A DNA stretch of 64,000 nucleotides, taken from IMG/VR virus record IMGVR_UViG_3300003877_000001, positions 248,001 through 312,000 of that record; one strand, written 5' to 3'. The notes beneath the pieces are model-generated. The model was not told where the DNA came from. It was given only the letters and a program-made list of their open reading frames with translations, and made no database searches. Positions 49,815 through 59,226 of the stretch are shown piece by piece (the first letter of the stretch is position 1; every line of letters starts with the position of its first letter). Made by a program: the position numbers and the translations under genes.

Positions 49815-50324
49815 TTATTTCTTTCTTTTTCCCTCCAATAGGTTAATTAATTTATCTAATTCTGCTTTAGGTAATTTACCTAATAAATCAGCAACTTTAT
49901 CTACATTACCACCAACTAAATCTTTATTTTTTTTTTCTGGTGGAATTAATTTATCTTCCTTTTTAGGTGATATTTTATCTTCAACTACTTTACCCTCATT
50001 TATTGAACCATCTCCTTCAAATGCTTCTTCTAGGAATGGCTTAATGGTTTCCATAACAGCATTTGCTTTATCACCAACAACACCTTCTAATGCCTCAACA
50101 ACAGCAGGTTTATCAGAACTATCAGACTCATAAAAATAAAACCCAAAACGACCTAAAAAATCATTTTTAAAATTCTGACCATGAACTTTTGCATTATAAT
50201 CAGTTGTTTTAGTTGCTTGTGTTTCGTTATCTGGTGATGATTCAGGTCTATCTACACTACCAATAATATTACTTTCACTATCGATAATTTCTTGTATTTT
50301 ATCTTTTGTTATTTTCATATTCAA
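49815..50324 (-). CDS. Hypothetical protein
   Basis: About 167-169 aa, likely start MKITK at 50318; GTATTTATA upstream. Confidence 0.7.
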   Translation of the reverse strand: MNMKITKDKIQEIIDSESNIIGSVDRPESSPDNETQATKTTDYNAKVHGQNFKNDFLGRFGFYFYESDSSDKPAVVEALEGVVGDKANAVMETIKPFLEEAFEGDGSINEGKVVEDKISPKKEDKLIPPEKKNKDLVGGNVDKVADLLGKLPKAELDKLINLLEGKRKK

Positions 50325-50346
50325 ATACTTTTATATAAATACTAAG

Positions 50347-50373
50347 AAAAGGGGAATTATTATAAATCCCCTT
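50347..50373 (-). terminator. Intrinsic terminator overlapping the polymerase stop
   Basis: aagggga.../...tcccctt stem plus U-tract. Confidence 0.55.
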
Positions 50374-53300
50374 CATCAAAATAAATATCAGGTTCGAAAT
50401 CAGCTTCCTTTTCATTAACATAATCATCAAAAGCTAATTTCACATTTGGTACTTTTTCAAACAATTCATCCATATCATAATGTGGTGGTATGTTATTATC
50501 TTTTACAAAAGACTTAAAATATTCAATTTTTTTCATTCTCTCTTTAACAATCTTCTCCTTTTGCACATTAATATAATTAACATCTTCCACTCTAAGTTTT
50601 TGTAATTCAGCTTCCTTTACCTTTTCAGCTTCTTCCCATTGATGTTCTGTTGGTGAAAGTGGTACTTTAACATCATCATACTTTTTCAATATTTCAATGA
50701 ATTCACCATTATTATACCCAATTGTATATTTATCTCTAACCCAATGATTACCATTTTTATAAACATATTTATTTTCAATTTTTGGTTTAGATGCATTAAC
50801 TACTAAAGGAGTAATATCACCAACCTTTATAATATTTTTAATTAAAACATAATCACCACGAATCGTTTTATCATTAATAGATTTAATCCTAGACTTACCA
50901 GACTTTTCCATTGCATCACTAAGATAGTTCAATGCATGATTATATATTTCATAATTAACTAATCCATATTTTTCAACATCTTTTGTTTTAAAACCATCCC
51001 ATATTAATCTTGGATCATAACCAGTTTTATTCCAAAAATCAACTTCCCTATCTTCAAGATACATAGAGTCTTCATAATCATCATGATTAAAGTTTTTTAA
51101 GACTAATTGATCTGATTTAAATTCTCCCTTTTTAAGATCGATTTGCTCAACCTTTGCACCTGATGCATCTTCAATTTTTTTTCTAACTATTTTAACTAAA
51201 ATTTCATCTCTTATTTCAGCATCAAATCCATCAAGTAATACTTTAACACGTTTATTAAATGCTGCAAGATATTTTTCTACATTATAATCACCTGTTGTTT
51301 CAGGATTTTCTTCTAAATCTTTTTGGTTGATTAATCTAGCTTTAATAATAGTTTCACCTGTTTTAGAATCACTTTTAACATCACCATGAGACTTACGTGT
51401 ACCTGTGTTAACATAATAAACAGTAGTATCTAATTCAGGTTCAGGTGGCATATATGTTTCAACCTTCTCTATTATTGTCATTATATCATAATCACCAATT
51501 TCTCTATTATCATCATCTTTAAATTTTTCAAAATCATTTTCAAAGATTTTTCTAGCAATATTTTCACGTTCAGCAATAATAAGTTCCATATGTACTTGTT
51601 TTGCCTTTAATTTACCATTTTTATTTGTACCACGATTAAGATAATCATCTATTGAATTTTTAATTCTAGATTTAGATGCTATTTTTTTCAATGGTATTTG
51701 TTTATAAAAAATTGTTTCAGAATAATTATAATAATATTCTATAAAACCTTCACCATTACCATCTAAAATTAATTTCATGCTTTCATCAATAAAATCTTCA
51801 ATGAATTCAGGCATTGTTTTAGACTTAATTGTATTACCAGTAAATTTAATTTTTTTCTTATTAATAAAACACCCATTAAAGTTTGGATCAGGGACTTGTT
51901 TTGGTTTACCTGTTTCTTTATCTATATCGTCTGACATTAAAGCATAATTAATTCTAGATAAATTTAAACATGAGTCAAACTCACCATCATTATCTACGGA
52001 TAAATAAGAATTTTCACGACCTAACGAGGTATAATGATCTTTTAAATAATCATTGAACTTTTCTATCAATGCTGAAACACCTGTCTTATTATTATATTCC
52101 CACATTTCTTCAATTACACCCTCACTTACTCCCTCACTTACACCCTCATTAGTAGCTCTAATTGTTGTAGTATCTGGAATGCTAAAGTTAATACCATCTG
52201 TTACAGCAAGTAATGGAATTAATCCAAATTTATTAAACCAATCAATTGCTTGTCTTAAATATATTCTACCTGTTGTAGTAATTCTAGCAGCACATATATT
52301 ATCTGACCAATTAAATGCATATCCTGAACCTAATGCACCAAATAATGAATTGTTAAGAATTTTAATAGGTAACTGCTTAACAATAAATATATTTATTTGT
52401 TCTTTAGTAAATTTACCACTAAAAAATATTTGATATGATTCATTATCGATTGTTTTTAATAATTCAATTTCATTATCTGTAAGTTTATCTTCATTTCCAA
52501 GTTTCTTATATATGTTACGAGTTGTTGTCATATAAGTAAGCATCTTCTTAATAACACCAGTAATATCAAACATAGGGAATACATCATGTGTCAACTGTAT
52601 CATTGGATATAGTGATGCATAATCAATTTTAAGAAGTCTCTTAGTGTAACCTTTCTTATAACATCTTGCAAGACCACCTGAAAATCTTTCAACATCATCA
52701 GGATGTGGAATTGCTAAATCATTTTCATAACTCCATGCTGTCATGAGTAAGTTCCAAACGGCAGCATTGCCCATTGTTGCAACACGACTATATATTGTTG
52801 GAACAATTTTAGCAAGTAAGAATGATGATTGGTTGTATAAATTATCTACTTGTTCTGTTTCCCATAAATCATCCAATAAATATCTTCTTAAAATATTCTT
52901 ACCGTTTTCAAATTTAAAATCTATTGTTGTTGATGAAAACTTATCAGGATTTAATTTAATAATATTAGGTCTTAACCATTCAACAAATTCAGGGTTTGGT
53001 TTTAATAATTCATTTCTAGCTACCTTATATTCATCATCACTGATTTTATCTTTATTTTCTTGTAAAAAATATAATTCACTCGATACATTATAGAATTTAG
53101 CAGGAATTTCAATATAATCATTATTTTCACTATTTAAAATAAACATAGGATTTTTATGCCAAAATCTTCCAATATCCTTACCATCATGTATATACATTCT
53201 ATTAGGTTTGGCAATATCTTCATATTTACAAATATATTTTAATTTGTTATTTTTGATTTCACTATTAACTGCTGCTGTTTTTTTTACGGCATGTATAATA

Positions 53301-54295
53301 TCTAATATTGTAAAACCATAGGCTATTGTTTGATTATATTTTTCAGTACTATTACCAAATTTAACAGTACTACCCTTTTTTCTCCATAAATCTTCTTCAG
53401 GTATTAAGGTAGTTTGTATTCTATTTTTAGGTATATCTTCTTTTTTTCTTTTTCTAGGAAACCCATTTTTAGTATATTCTGATTCAACATCCATTCCTAA
53501 TAATCTAGCTCTACCCAATATAAAGTCATAATCAAACATTTCAGAGTTATAACCTGAAATAATTGCAGGATTAATATATGTAATTAAATTAAAAAAATCT
53601 TGTATTATTATTTTTTCTGATTCATCATCATCAGGTTTTTCAACTTCTAATACATGTTCAAATCCTTTATTATCTTTCATACCAATAGCAAAGATTCTTG
53701 AATGTTCGTATCTTAAACCAGTGGTTTCAATATCAAATGTTAATTTATGTACATCATTATATTCTTCAAATCCTTTAAATAATCTAATTCCTGTTGATAT
53801 GAAAAATTGTTCATTTAGTTTTGGAAGATAAAATAAATCTCTATATTTAGAAACACTAAAACCTCTATTATCTTTAAGTATTTTACCTCTATCATCATAA
53901 ATTTTTTGATATGGATTTAAACCAGCTTCTTCAAAAAATTTAATTAACATACTAAATGATTTAGTTGTAGATGCTTTATATGGATAACCATTTTCTAATC
54001 TTGGATGGTTACCTGTTTTCATTTTTGTAATCGTTACATCATACTTTTGTAGGATTGCCTTATATTTATCAACATTACCATCAAAGAGTTTATACCCAAC
54101 CTTTTTAAGGTCTTTAAAATAGATGAATGATGTAAATGGTATTCGAACAATTTGTTTGGTTTTATTTGGTTCATGAATTACACATGTTGCATATTCATGA
54201 TTATTGTCTGTTTCAACATTAACCAAATATTTTACATCATTATTTTTCCCTTCTAAAAATTCTTGAATTTCTTTAATAGTATTTTCAGTTGTCAT
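50360..54295 (-). CDS. Family B DNA polymerase
   Basis: ExoI FDIETTG, ExoII YNSEMFD, ExoIII YLLDD; motif A DYASLYP, motif B KILNNSLFG, motif C AVTDG. Confidence 0.92.
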   Translation of the reverse strand: MTTENTIKEIQEFLEGKNNDVKYLVNVETDNNHEYATCVIHEPNKTKQIVRIPFTSFIYFKDLKKVGYKLFDGNVDKYKAILQKYDVTITKMKTGNHPRLENGYPYKASTTKSFSMLIKFFEEAGLNPYQKIYDDRGKILKDNRGFSVSKYRDLFYLPKLNEQFFISTGIRLFKGFEEYNDVHKLTFDIETTGLRYEHSRIFAIGMKDNKGFEHVLEVEKPDDDESEKIIIQDFFNLITYINPAIISGYNSEMFDYDFILGRARLLGMDVESEYTKNGFPRKRKKEDIPKNRIQTTLIPEEDLWRKKGSTVKFGNSTEKYNQTIAYGFTILDIIHAVKKTAAVNSEIKNNKLKYICKYEDIAKPNRMYIHDGKDIGRFWHKNPMFILNSENNDYIEIPAKFYNVSSELYFLQENKDKISDDEYKVARNELLKPNPEFVEWLRPNIIKLNPDKFSSTTIDFKFENGKNILRRYLLDDLWETEQVDNLYNQSSFLLAKIVPTIYSRVATMGNAAVWNLLMTAWSYENDLAIPHPDDVERFSGGLARCYKKGYTKRLLKIDYASLYPMIQLTHDVFPMFDITGVIKKMLTYMTTTRNIYKKLGNEDKLTDNEIELLKTIDNESYQIFFSGKFTKEQINIFIVKQLPIKILNNSLFGALGSGYAFNWSDNICAARITTTGRIYLRQAIDWFNKFGLIPLLAVTDGINFSIPDTTTIRATNEGVSEGVSEGVIEEMWEYNNKTGVSALIEKFNDYLKDHYTSLGRENSYLSVDNDGEFDSCLNLSRINYALMSDDIDKETGKPKQVPDPNFNGCFINKKKIKFTGNTIKSKTMPEFIEDFIDESMKLILDGNGEGFIEYYYNYSETIFYKQIPLKKIASKSRIKNSIDDYLNRGTNKNGKLKAKQVHMELIIAERENIARKIFENDFEKFKDDDNREIGDYDIMTIIEKVETYMPPEPELDTTVYYVNTGTRKSHGDVKSDSKTGETIIKARLINQKDLEENPETTGDYNVEKYLAAFNKRVKVLLDGFDAEIRDEILVKIVRKKIEDASGAKVEQIDLKKGEFKSDQLVLKNFNHDDYEDSMYLEDREVDFWNKTGYDPRLIWDGFKTKDVEKYGLVNYEIYNHALNYLSDAMEKSGKSRIKSINDKTIRGDYVLIKNIIKVGDITPLVVNASKPKIENKYVYKNGNHWVRDKYTIGYNNGEFIEILKKYDDVKVPLSPTEHQWEEAEKVKEAELQKLRVEDVNYINVQKEKIVKERMKKIEYFKSFVKDNNIPPHYDMDELFEKVPNVKLAFDDYVNEKEADFEPDIYFDEGDL

Positions 54296-57200
54296 TCTTT
54301 GTATTTGTTTTTAAGTTTGTTGATAACATCTCTAAGTACAGATTCTGAAATATTACTTTCATAATCTTCGTTATCCAATGCTTTCATTATTTCTTTTCGT
54401 TTAGATTCTATAACATCAAAAACATACTCATCGAGAGTATCTCTAAATATGATAGGATAGATGTTAACTGTGTTTTTCTGTGAGATTCTATGAAGCCTAT
54501 CTGCAACCTGATCATATTGACCAACAGAGAATGGGAGTGTAATAATAATCATTTTTGATGATGCTGTCAAGGTTAAACCATAATTAGCTGTCTGAATTGA
54601 TGCTAAAAATATTTTAACATTACTTTCAGGGTCTTGAAATTTAGCTACTAATGCTGCTCTATCTTCTACTGTTTGATCACCAGTATGTAATGCTGAATTT
54701 TCTGGATAAAGATCATGAAGATCATATAATGATTGTTTAAACATATCAACAACAACAACTTTTTCACCTTGTTCTAATATATTATCAATGATTTCTCTAA
54801 TATAGTTAACCTTAATTGATGAAGTATATTGACGTAATCTCAACATTATAGTTAATGGATTTGATGTTGGTTTCTCATATATCTCATTAACAACATCTTC
54901 CTCAATTTGATCATATAATTTATCTTCCTTAGTATTAAGTTCTAAAATAATTTTTTGATAAATTTTATCAGGTAAATCGGTTAATACTTCTTCCTTTTTC
55001 TTTCTATATACATATGATGCAATTTTATGAAATAGTTCTTCCAATTTTTGATGTTGTACGTTTGTTGACCAACCACCAAAACCATCCATATCATAGGACA
55101 TGCCACAATAATATTCATTAAAATGTTTTTTTGTTGCAAAATCAATCGGTGATATTTGATTTAGTACCGTATATAATTCATGTGCTCTATTTGGTGCAGG
55201 AGTACCTGAAAGAAATACTTTACTAACCTCTCCATTTTTGAATACCTTTTTATTAAATATTCTTTTGAAATTTTTGAATGTATTTGCTGAAGTATTTTTT
55301 AATGCTTGACAATTACTAACTAATATACTATTAGCAAAATAATTATGATTATCCGCTATTTCTAGATCATATACCCTTTTATTTTGTTCACCACTTCTTC
55401 CAAATTTTCGTCTATTTCCTGATTCCAAAATCTCAATACTTTCCACCCAAACAATTTCAATATCTCTGTTTTCCTTTTGTCTAGAAATTTCCATTTTTTT
55501 GTTTTGTGAGATTTTCCATCTATTTCTATTGATAATTTTATTGATGTAATTCCAATATCCACTTTGTAATGTGTTGGTGGAGATTTTATATTCGTAATAC
55601 CCATTTCCTTTAATGGTTTCATTATTGGTATCACATGTTCCATTTCCATAAATGTAATGCCTGAAATTTCTCCAAATAATATTAATTGTTGTTTTGTCAA
55701 TTTTCCATTTCCACCCCTTGATAAAAACGTTCTCCCAATCATTTTTTTTCTCATTTTTTCTACTGTTATTGGGTTTGACATTGGATTGTTCAATTTCATC
55801 CTCTCCGATTGATTCTTTCTCATTTGAGGGTTCTTTTTGTAAAACTCTATCATAGATAGACTCCTTTTTTTCGAAAGTTCCTTCATATATAATTTTTCTT
55901 TTATTTCTGGTAAAGACATTCTCCATTTTGCTGAACAACTTGTTGAACAAAATTTCTTTTTTCTTTTTTTCATTACTTGAAATTCCACGCCACATTGTTG
56001 ACATATCCTTATCTCTCTCAATTGTAAATTGACTTCTTTTTTTCTTCCAGTGTATTTTGTTGAACATTTTCTTGAACAAAGTTTTTGTGTTCTTCTTTTC
56101 TGTTGAAATAGAGTGTTGCACTCTAGGCAATTTGTTTTTTTTATTAATTTTCCCTTTTCTTTCCATCTCTGCTTCATTGAACACGTTACAGTGCAACATT
56201 TCTTTTTCACATGTTCTTTTATTTGGAATTCTTTCTCGCAAAATTGGCAATTTCGTGTTATTATTTTGCTTTGTTTTCTTTTTAATAAGTTTTTCCCCAT
56301 ATTTAAAATTTTTAATAGGTTTATATTTATTTTCAGTAATTGAATAAAATTTGTGGTCTGGTGTACATTCGATTATTTCACCATTAGATAATTTTATTTT
56401 AATTACATCTTTATATCCGTTATATAAATACCTACTAATTGTTTTTGTTTCAATCTTTTTTAACGTATGATTATAGGATAAAACTTTTACATCTAATTTA
56501 TCTTCAACAATTTTCCCAATTTTCATTTTCCCTTTATCAGTATCAATTAATGTATTATATGTAAAACATTCGTCTGCAATTAATACATCTATTAAACCAA
56601 TATTTAAATCTTTAAATTTTTTATCAACTTTTTTCTTATCTCTAGAATTAAAATATTCATAATTAACAATAATATATTTAGATTCTTCCATTGTATGTTT
56701 ATTCTTAAATTTACTAGATTTAGGAACAATTATATGTGCTTTAGAATGTGTAAATTTTTCAACTTCATTAAAGAAATTAAATTTTAATGAGTTAGGTGTT
56801 ATTACAAACACCCTTTTAAAATTATTCATCTCAACATATGCAATTGCAGAAAGTGTATTGTGAGTTAAAATACAATTATCTGTAACATATAAATGATCTT
56901 CTGCATCAACCATTATACATTGTGCTTCTTTTTTACCAACATAATTAACTTCCTTTATTGCTCTATTAGGTAAATATTTTGTAGGTGATACATATCTTTC
57001 TATTTTACGTTTTAATTTGAAAGGTATTATATTGGGTGGTAATTTTATTGATAATCTATAATATGTTGGTTTTACTTCTATCTCTTCATACCATGAAGTT
57101 CTAGTTTTATACCTTGCAATACCACCTAATGATTGTACAATAAACTTTACATCATCTATTAATTGTTTTGATGCTAATGTTAAATCAATATTCATACCAT

Positions 57201-58398
57201 CAGAACTAATAGTTCCATCCGTATCCATAATTCCCCTTAAAATTTCTAATCTATCTTCAATTGAAGAGAACATATAATCTTTAGGAATAAATTTTGTGTG
57301 TGAACCACACCCCTTTAAGTTATATTCTTTTAAATTTTGATTTATGTAATTATTTTTACCATCTGCCGTTAGATAATAATCTTTTTTACTATTTCCAGAT
57401 AAAACTAACTGATGATTTTGTGGTAATTTAGAGTCTATCTCGTTAATAATTTCATTATCTATATTCGTAAAACTAACACCATATTTTGTTGTAATAGAGC
57501 CATCACCCAATAAACAACCTAAAATATATGGGTCTATTTTTAATTTTTTTTCTTTAAATTCAATTGGTTCAACAATGGGTATATAATGTTTATTATTACC
57601 ATTATCAAACTGTAACCCCTCATTCATGATTTCTCTAAGTGTTTTTGTTTGATATGAATATTTTTTTATTCCTTTATTTGTTCTATGAATTCTAGTTGTT
57701 GAATTAACATTCCAAAGATGTTCATCACACGATCTTGCTGTTGTATTGTCATTAAATTTAATTTCATATATATCTTTTTTACCTTGAGGATAAACTCCAA
57801 TAACTTTTGTTGATTTACCATTACTTCCAATCACATAATCACCAACTTTAACATCGCCCATTCTAATCCAACCATTAGGTGTAAGTAGTTTAGAATCTAA
57901 GTCTTGGCTTTTTCCTAAACCCATTTCTAGTGCTAATAAAACACTTTTAACTTCATCAATAAACATAGTACCAGCTATTTGATGTGGATATAATATTGTA
58001 CCTTCTTTAAGATTTTTATGTGTTAGTTCTCTATATTTTTCAAAATCCTTATCTAATTCATCTTTTAATCTAATCCAAAGATTTTTCTTTTGTACAAGTA
58101 ATTTTAATTCTAAGATTTTTCTCGCATCATCTTCATCAATTTTTTTGATTTGCTTAATAAATGCGTGTTTTTCTTCAACACCACCAAAATCAAATACGAT
58201 TTTATTAGATTTACGATACCTCTTCATTAGTTCATAAAGACCTCTGGTATTCATAATCCAACAATTTTCAACAGAATCCCATTTACGCCAATCTACGTTG
58301 ATTTCCTTTATTCTAGAAACAACTTCTTTATGATAATCGAAAAATACTTTATATTTTGATTGTCGTAATATTCTATGACAGGATACTTTAAAGGGCAT
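54292..58398 (-). CDS. SNF2-family helicase precursor with two inteins (598 aa after splicing)
   Basis: LYPHQ, EMGLGK|T, IADE|CQ, LSGTP, GLTLT and QVADRLHRISQ motifs. Confidence 0.93.
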   Translation of the reverse strand: MPFKVSCHRILRQSKYKVFFDYHKEVVSRIKEINVDWRKWDSVENCWIMNTRGLYELMKRYRKSNKIVFDFGGVEEKHAFIKQIKKIDEDDARKILELKLLVQKKNLWIRLKDELDKDFEKYRELTHKNLKEGTILYPHQIAGTMFIDEVKSVLLALEMGLGKSQDLDSKLLTPNGWIRMGDVKVGDYVIGSNGKSTKVIGVYPQGKKDIYEIKFNDNTTARSCDEHLWNVNSTTRIHRTNKGIKKYSYQTKTLREIMNEGLQFDNGNNKHYIPIVEPIEFKEKKLKIDPYILGCLLGDGSITTKYGVSFTNIDNEIINEIDSKLPQNHQLVLSGNSKKDYYLTADGKNNYINQNLKEYNLKGCGSHTKFIPKDYMFSSIEDRLEILRGIMDTDGTISSDGMNIDLTLASKQLIDDVKFIVQSLGGIARYKTRTSWYEEIEVKPTYYRLSIKLPPNIIPFKLKRKIERYVSPTKYLPNRAIKEVNYVGKKEAQCIMVDAEDHLYVTDNCILTHNTLSAIAYVEMNNFKRVFVITPNSLKFNFFNEVEKFTHSKAHIIVPKSSKFKNKHTMEESKYIIVNYEYFNSRDKKKVDKKFKDLNIGLIDVLIADECFTYNTLIDTDKGKMKIGKIVEDKLDVKVLSYNHTLKKIETKTISRYLYNGYKDVIKIKLSNGEIIECTPDHKFYSITENKYKPIKNFKYGEKLIKKKTKQNNNTKLPILRERIPNKRTCEKEMLHCNVFNEAEMERKGKINKKNKLPRVQHSISTEKKNTKTLFKKMFNKIHWKKKRSQFTIERDKDMSTMWRGISSNEKKKKEILFNKLFSKMENVFTRNKRKIIYEGTFEKKESIYDRVLQKEPSNEKESIGEDEIEQSNVKPNNSRKNEKKNDWENVFIKGWKWKIDKTTINIIWRNFRHYIYGNGTCDTNNETIKGNGYYEYKISTNTLQSGYWNYINKIINRNRWKISQNKKMEISRQKENRDIEIVWVESIEILESGNRRKFGRSGEQNKRVYDLEIADNHNYFANSILVSNCQALKNTSANTFKNFKRIFNKKVFKNGEVSKVFLSGTPAPNRAHELYTVLNQISPIDFATKKHFNEYYCGMSYDMDGFGGWSTNVQHQKLEELFHKIASYVYRKKKEEVLTDLPDKIYQKIILELNTKEDKLYDQIEEDVVNEIYEKPTSNPLTIMLRLRQYTSSIKVNYIREIIDNILEQGEKVVVVDMFKQSLYDLHDLYPENSALHTGDQTVEDRAALVAKFQDPESNVKIFLASIQTANYGLTLTASSKMIIITLPFSVGQYDQVADRLHRISQKNTVNIYPIIFRDTLDEYVFDVIESKRKEIMKALDNEDYESNISESVLRDVINKLKNKYKE
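55312..56568 (-). mobile_element. Intein 2 (419 aa) in helicase Walker B, carrying an out-of-frame nested endonuclease gene
   Basis: CFTYNTLI start, CTPDHKF block B, VYDLEIADNHNYFANSILVSN end, Cys+1. Confidence 0.92.
55362..56300 (-). CDS. Zinc-finger plus DUF559/Vsr-like endonuclease, nested in the +1 frame of intein 2
   Basis: Three CxxC...CxxxC repeats; YKVDIG...IEIDGKSH...DKRKTEILKLFGWKVLRFWN. Confidence 0.88.
   Translation of the reverse strand: MGKNLLKRKQSKIITRNCQFCEKEFQIKEHVKKKCCTVTCSMKQRWKEKGKLIKKTNCLECNTLFQQKRRTQKLCSRKCSTKYTGRKKEVNLQLREIRICQQCGVEFQVMKKRKKKFCSTSCSAKWRMSLPEIKEKLYMKELSKKRSLSMIEFYKKNPQMRKNQSERMKLNNPMSNPITVEKMRKKMIGRTFLSRGGNGKLTKQQLILFGEISGITFMEMEHVIPIMKPLKEMGITNIKSPPTHYKVDIGITSIKLSIEIDGKSHKTKKWKFLDKRKTEILKLFGWKVLRFWNQEIDENLEEVVNKIKGYMI
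56857..57909 (-). mobile_element. Intein 1 (351 aa) with LAGLIDADG endonuclease in helicase Walker A
   Basis: SQDLDSKLLTPNGW start, CDEHLW, LGCLLGDG, LRGIMDTDG, ILTHN end, Thr+1. Confidence 0.93.
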
Positions 58399-58431
58399 AT
58401 ATTATTTTTAAATTTGTTTAATTATTAGTAG

Positions 58432-59106
58432 TTAAAAATCACGCTCAATTTCCATTCTTTTGATACAATCTAGTGGTGTTTCGTTATCTAGTAATTTATA
58501 ACTACACCCAATCGTTCCACCTTTCCAACTCCATTTCTTTTTCCCAACTTCTTTTGAAAAATGTATATCAATAGTTTTATTTACTAACGCAAATACTTTA
58601 GTCCACTTTAACCATTTAGGTCGCCATTCTCTTTCTTCCACATATATTTTTGTGGGGATGATTTCGCCATCATATTTATCTTTGTAATCATATTCCCATA
58701 CTGCTTGTTTAATCTTCCAATTATCTTCATAAAAATTTTTATGATTTCCATTTGTTTCGTGTTCCCAACTATTATTTTTTAATAAAATTGATGTTCTTAT
58801 CCAATCTTTTGTAATAAATGGAATATCCCAAGTCCACCATTTACTACCACCATCCATATTACCCTTACCCCCTTTATAAACCCAAAATGTATTATTGTGA
58901 ATTGCAATTCCCCATTTAGGACAATCACATTCATTCGTCCATTTGTTTCTAAAAGGGAGTATAATTGTTAAATTAAAAAATATAAAATCTAAATTAATTC
59001 TTGGTCTATTATCAAAATATCCACATATTTCAAAACTAATATCAAAAACTTTTGACCAATAAAATATTAACCATTTACTTTCATAAATCCATTTCTCTTT
59101 TTTCAT
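58432..59106 (-). CDS. Trp-rich hypothetical phage protein
   Basis: 224-aa ORF; TATCTTTG upstream. Confidence 0.7.
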   Translation of the reverse strand: MKKEKWIYESKWLIFYWSKVFDISFEICGYFDNRPRINLDFIFFNLTIILPFRNKWTNECDCPKWGIAIHNNTFWVYKGGKGNMDGGSKWWTWDIPFITKDWIRTSILLKNNSWEHETNGNHKNFYEDNWKIKQAVWEYDYKDKYDGEIIPTKIYVEEREWRPKWLKWTKVFALVNKTIDIHFSKEVGKKKWSWKGGTIGCSYKLLDNETPLDCIKRMEIERDF

Positions 59107-59226
59107 ATATTTATTTCTTAGTTCACAAAGATAATAATATTTCCATCAAAATGCAACCATATTAAAAACATATTCAAATTTACCACAATATTCATAAAGA
59201 AAATTAATTTTAATGTATTTATATAC

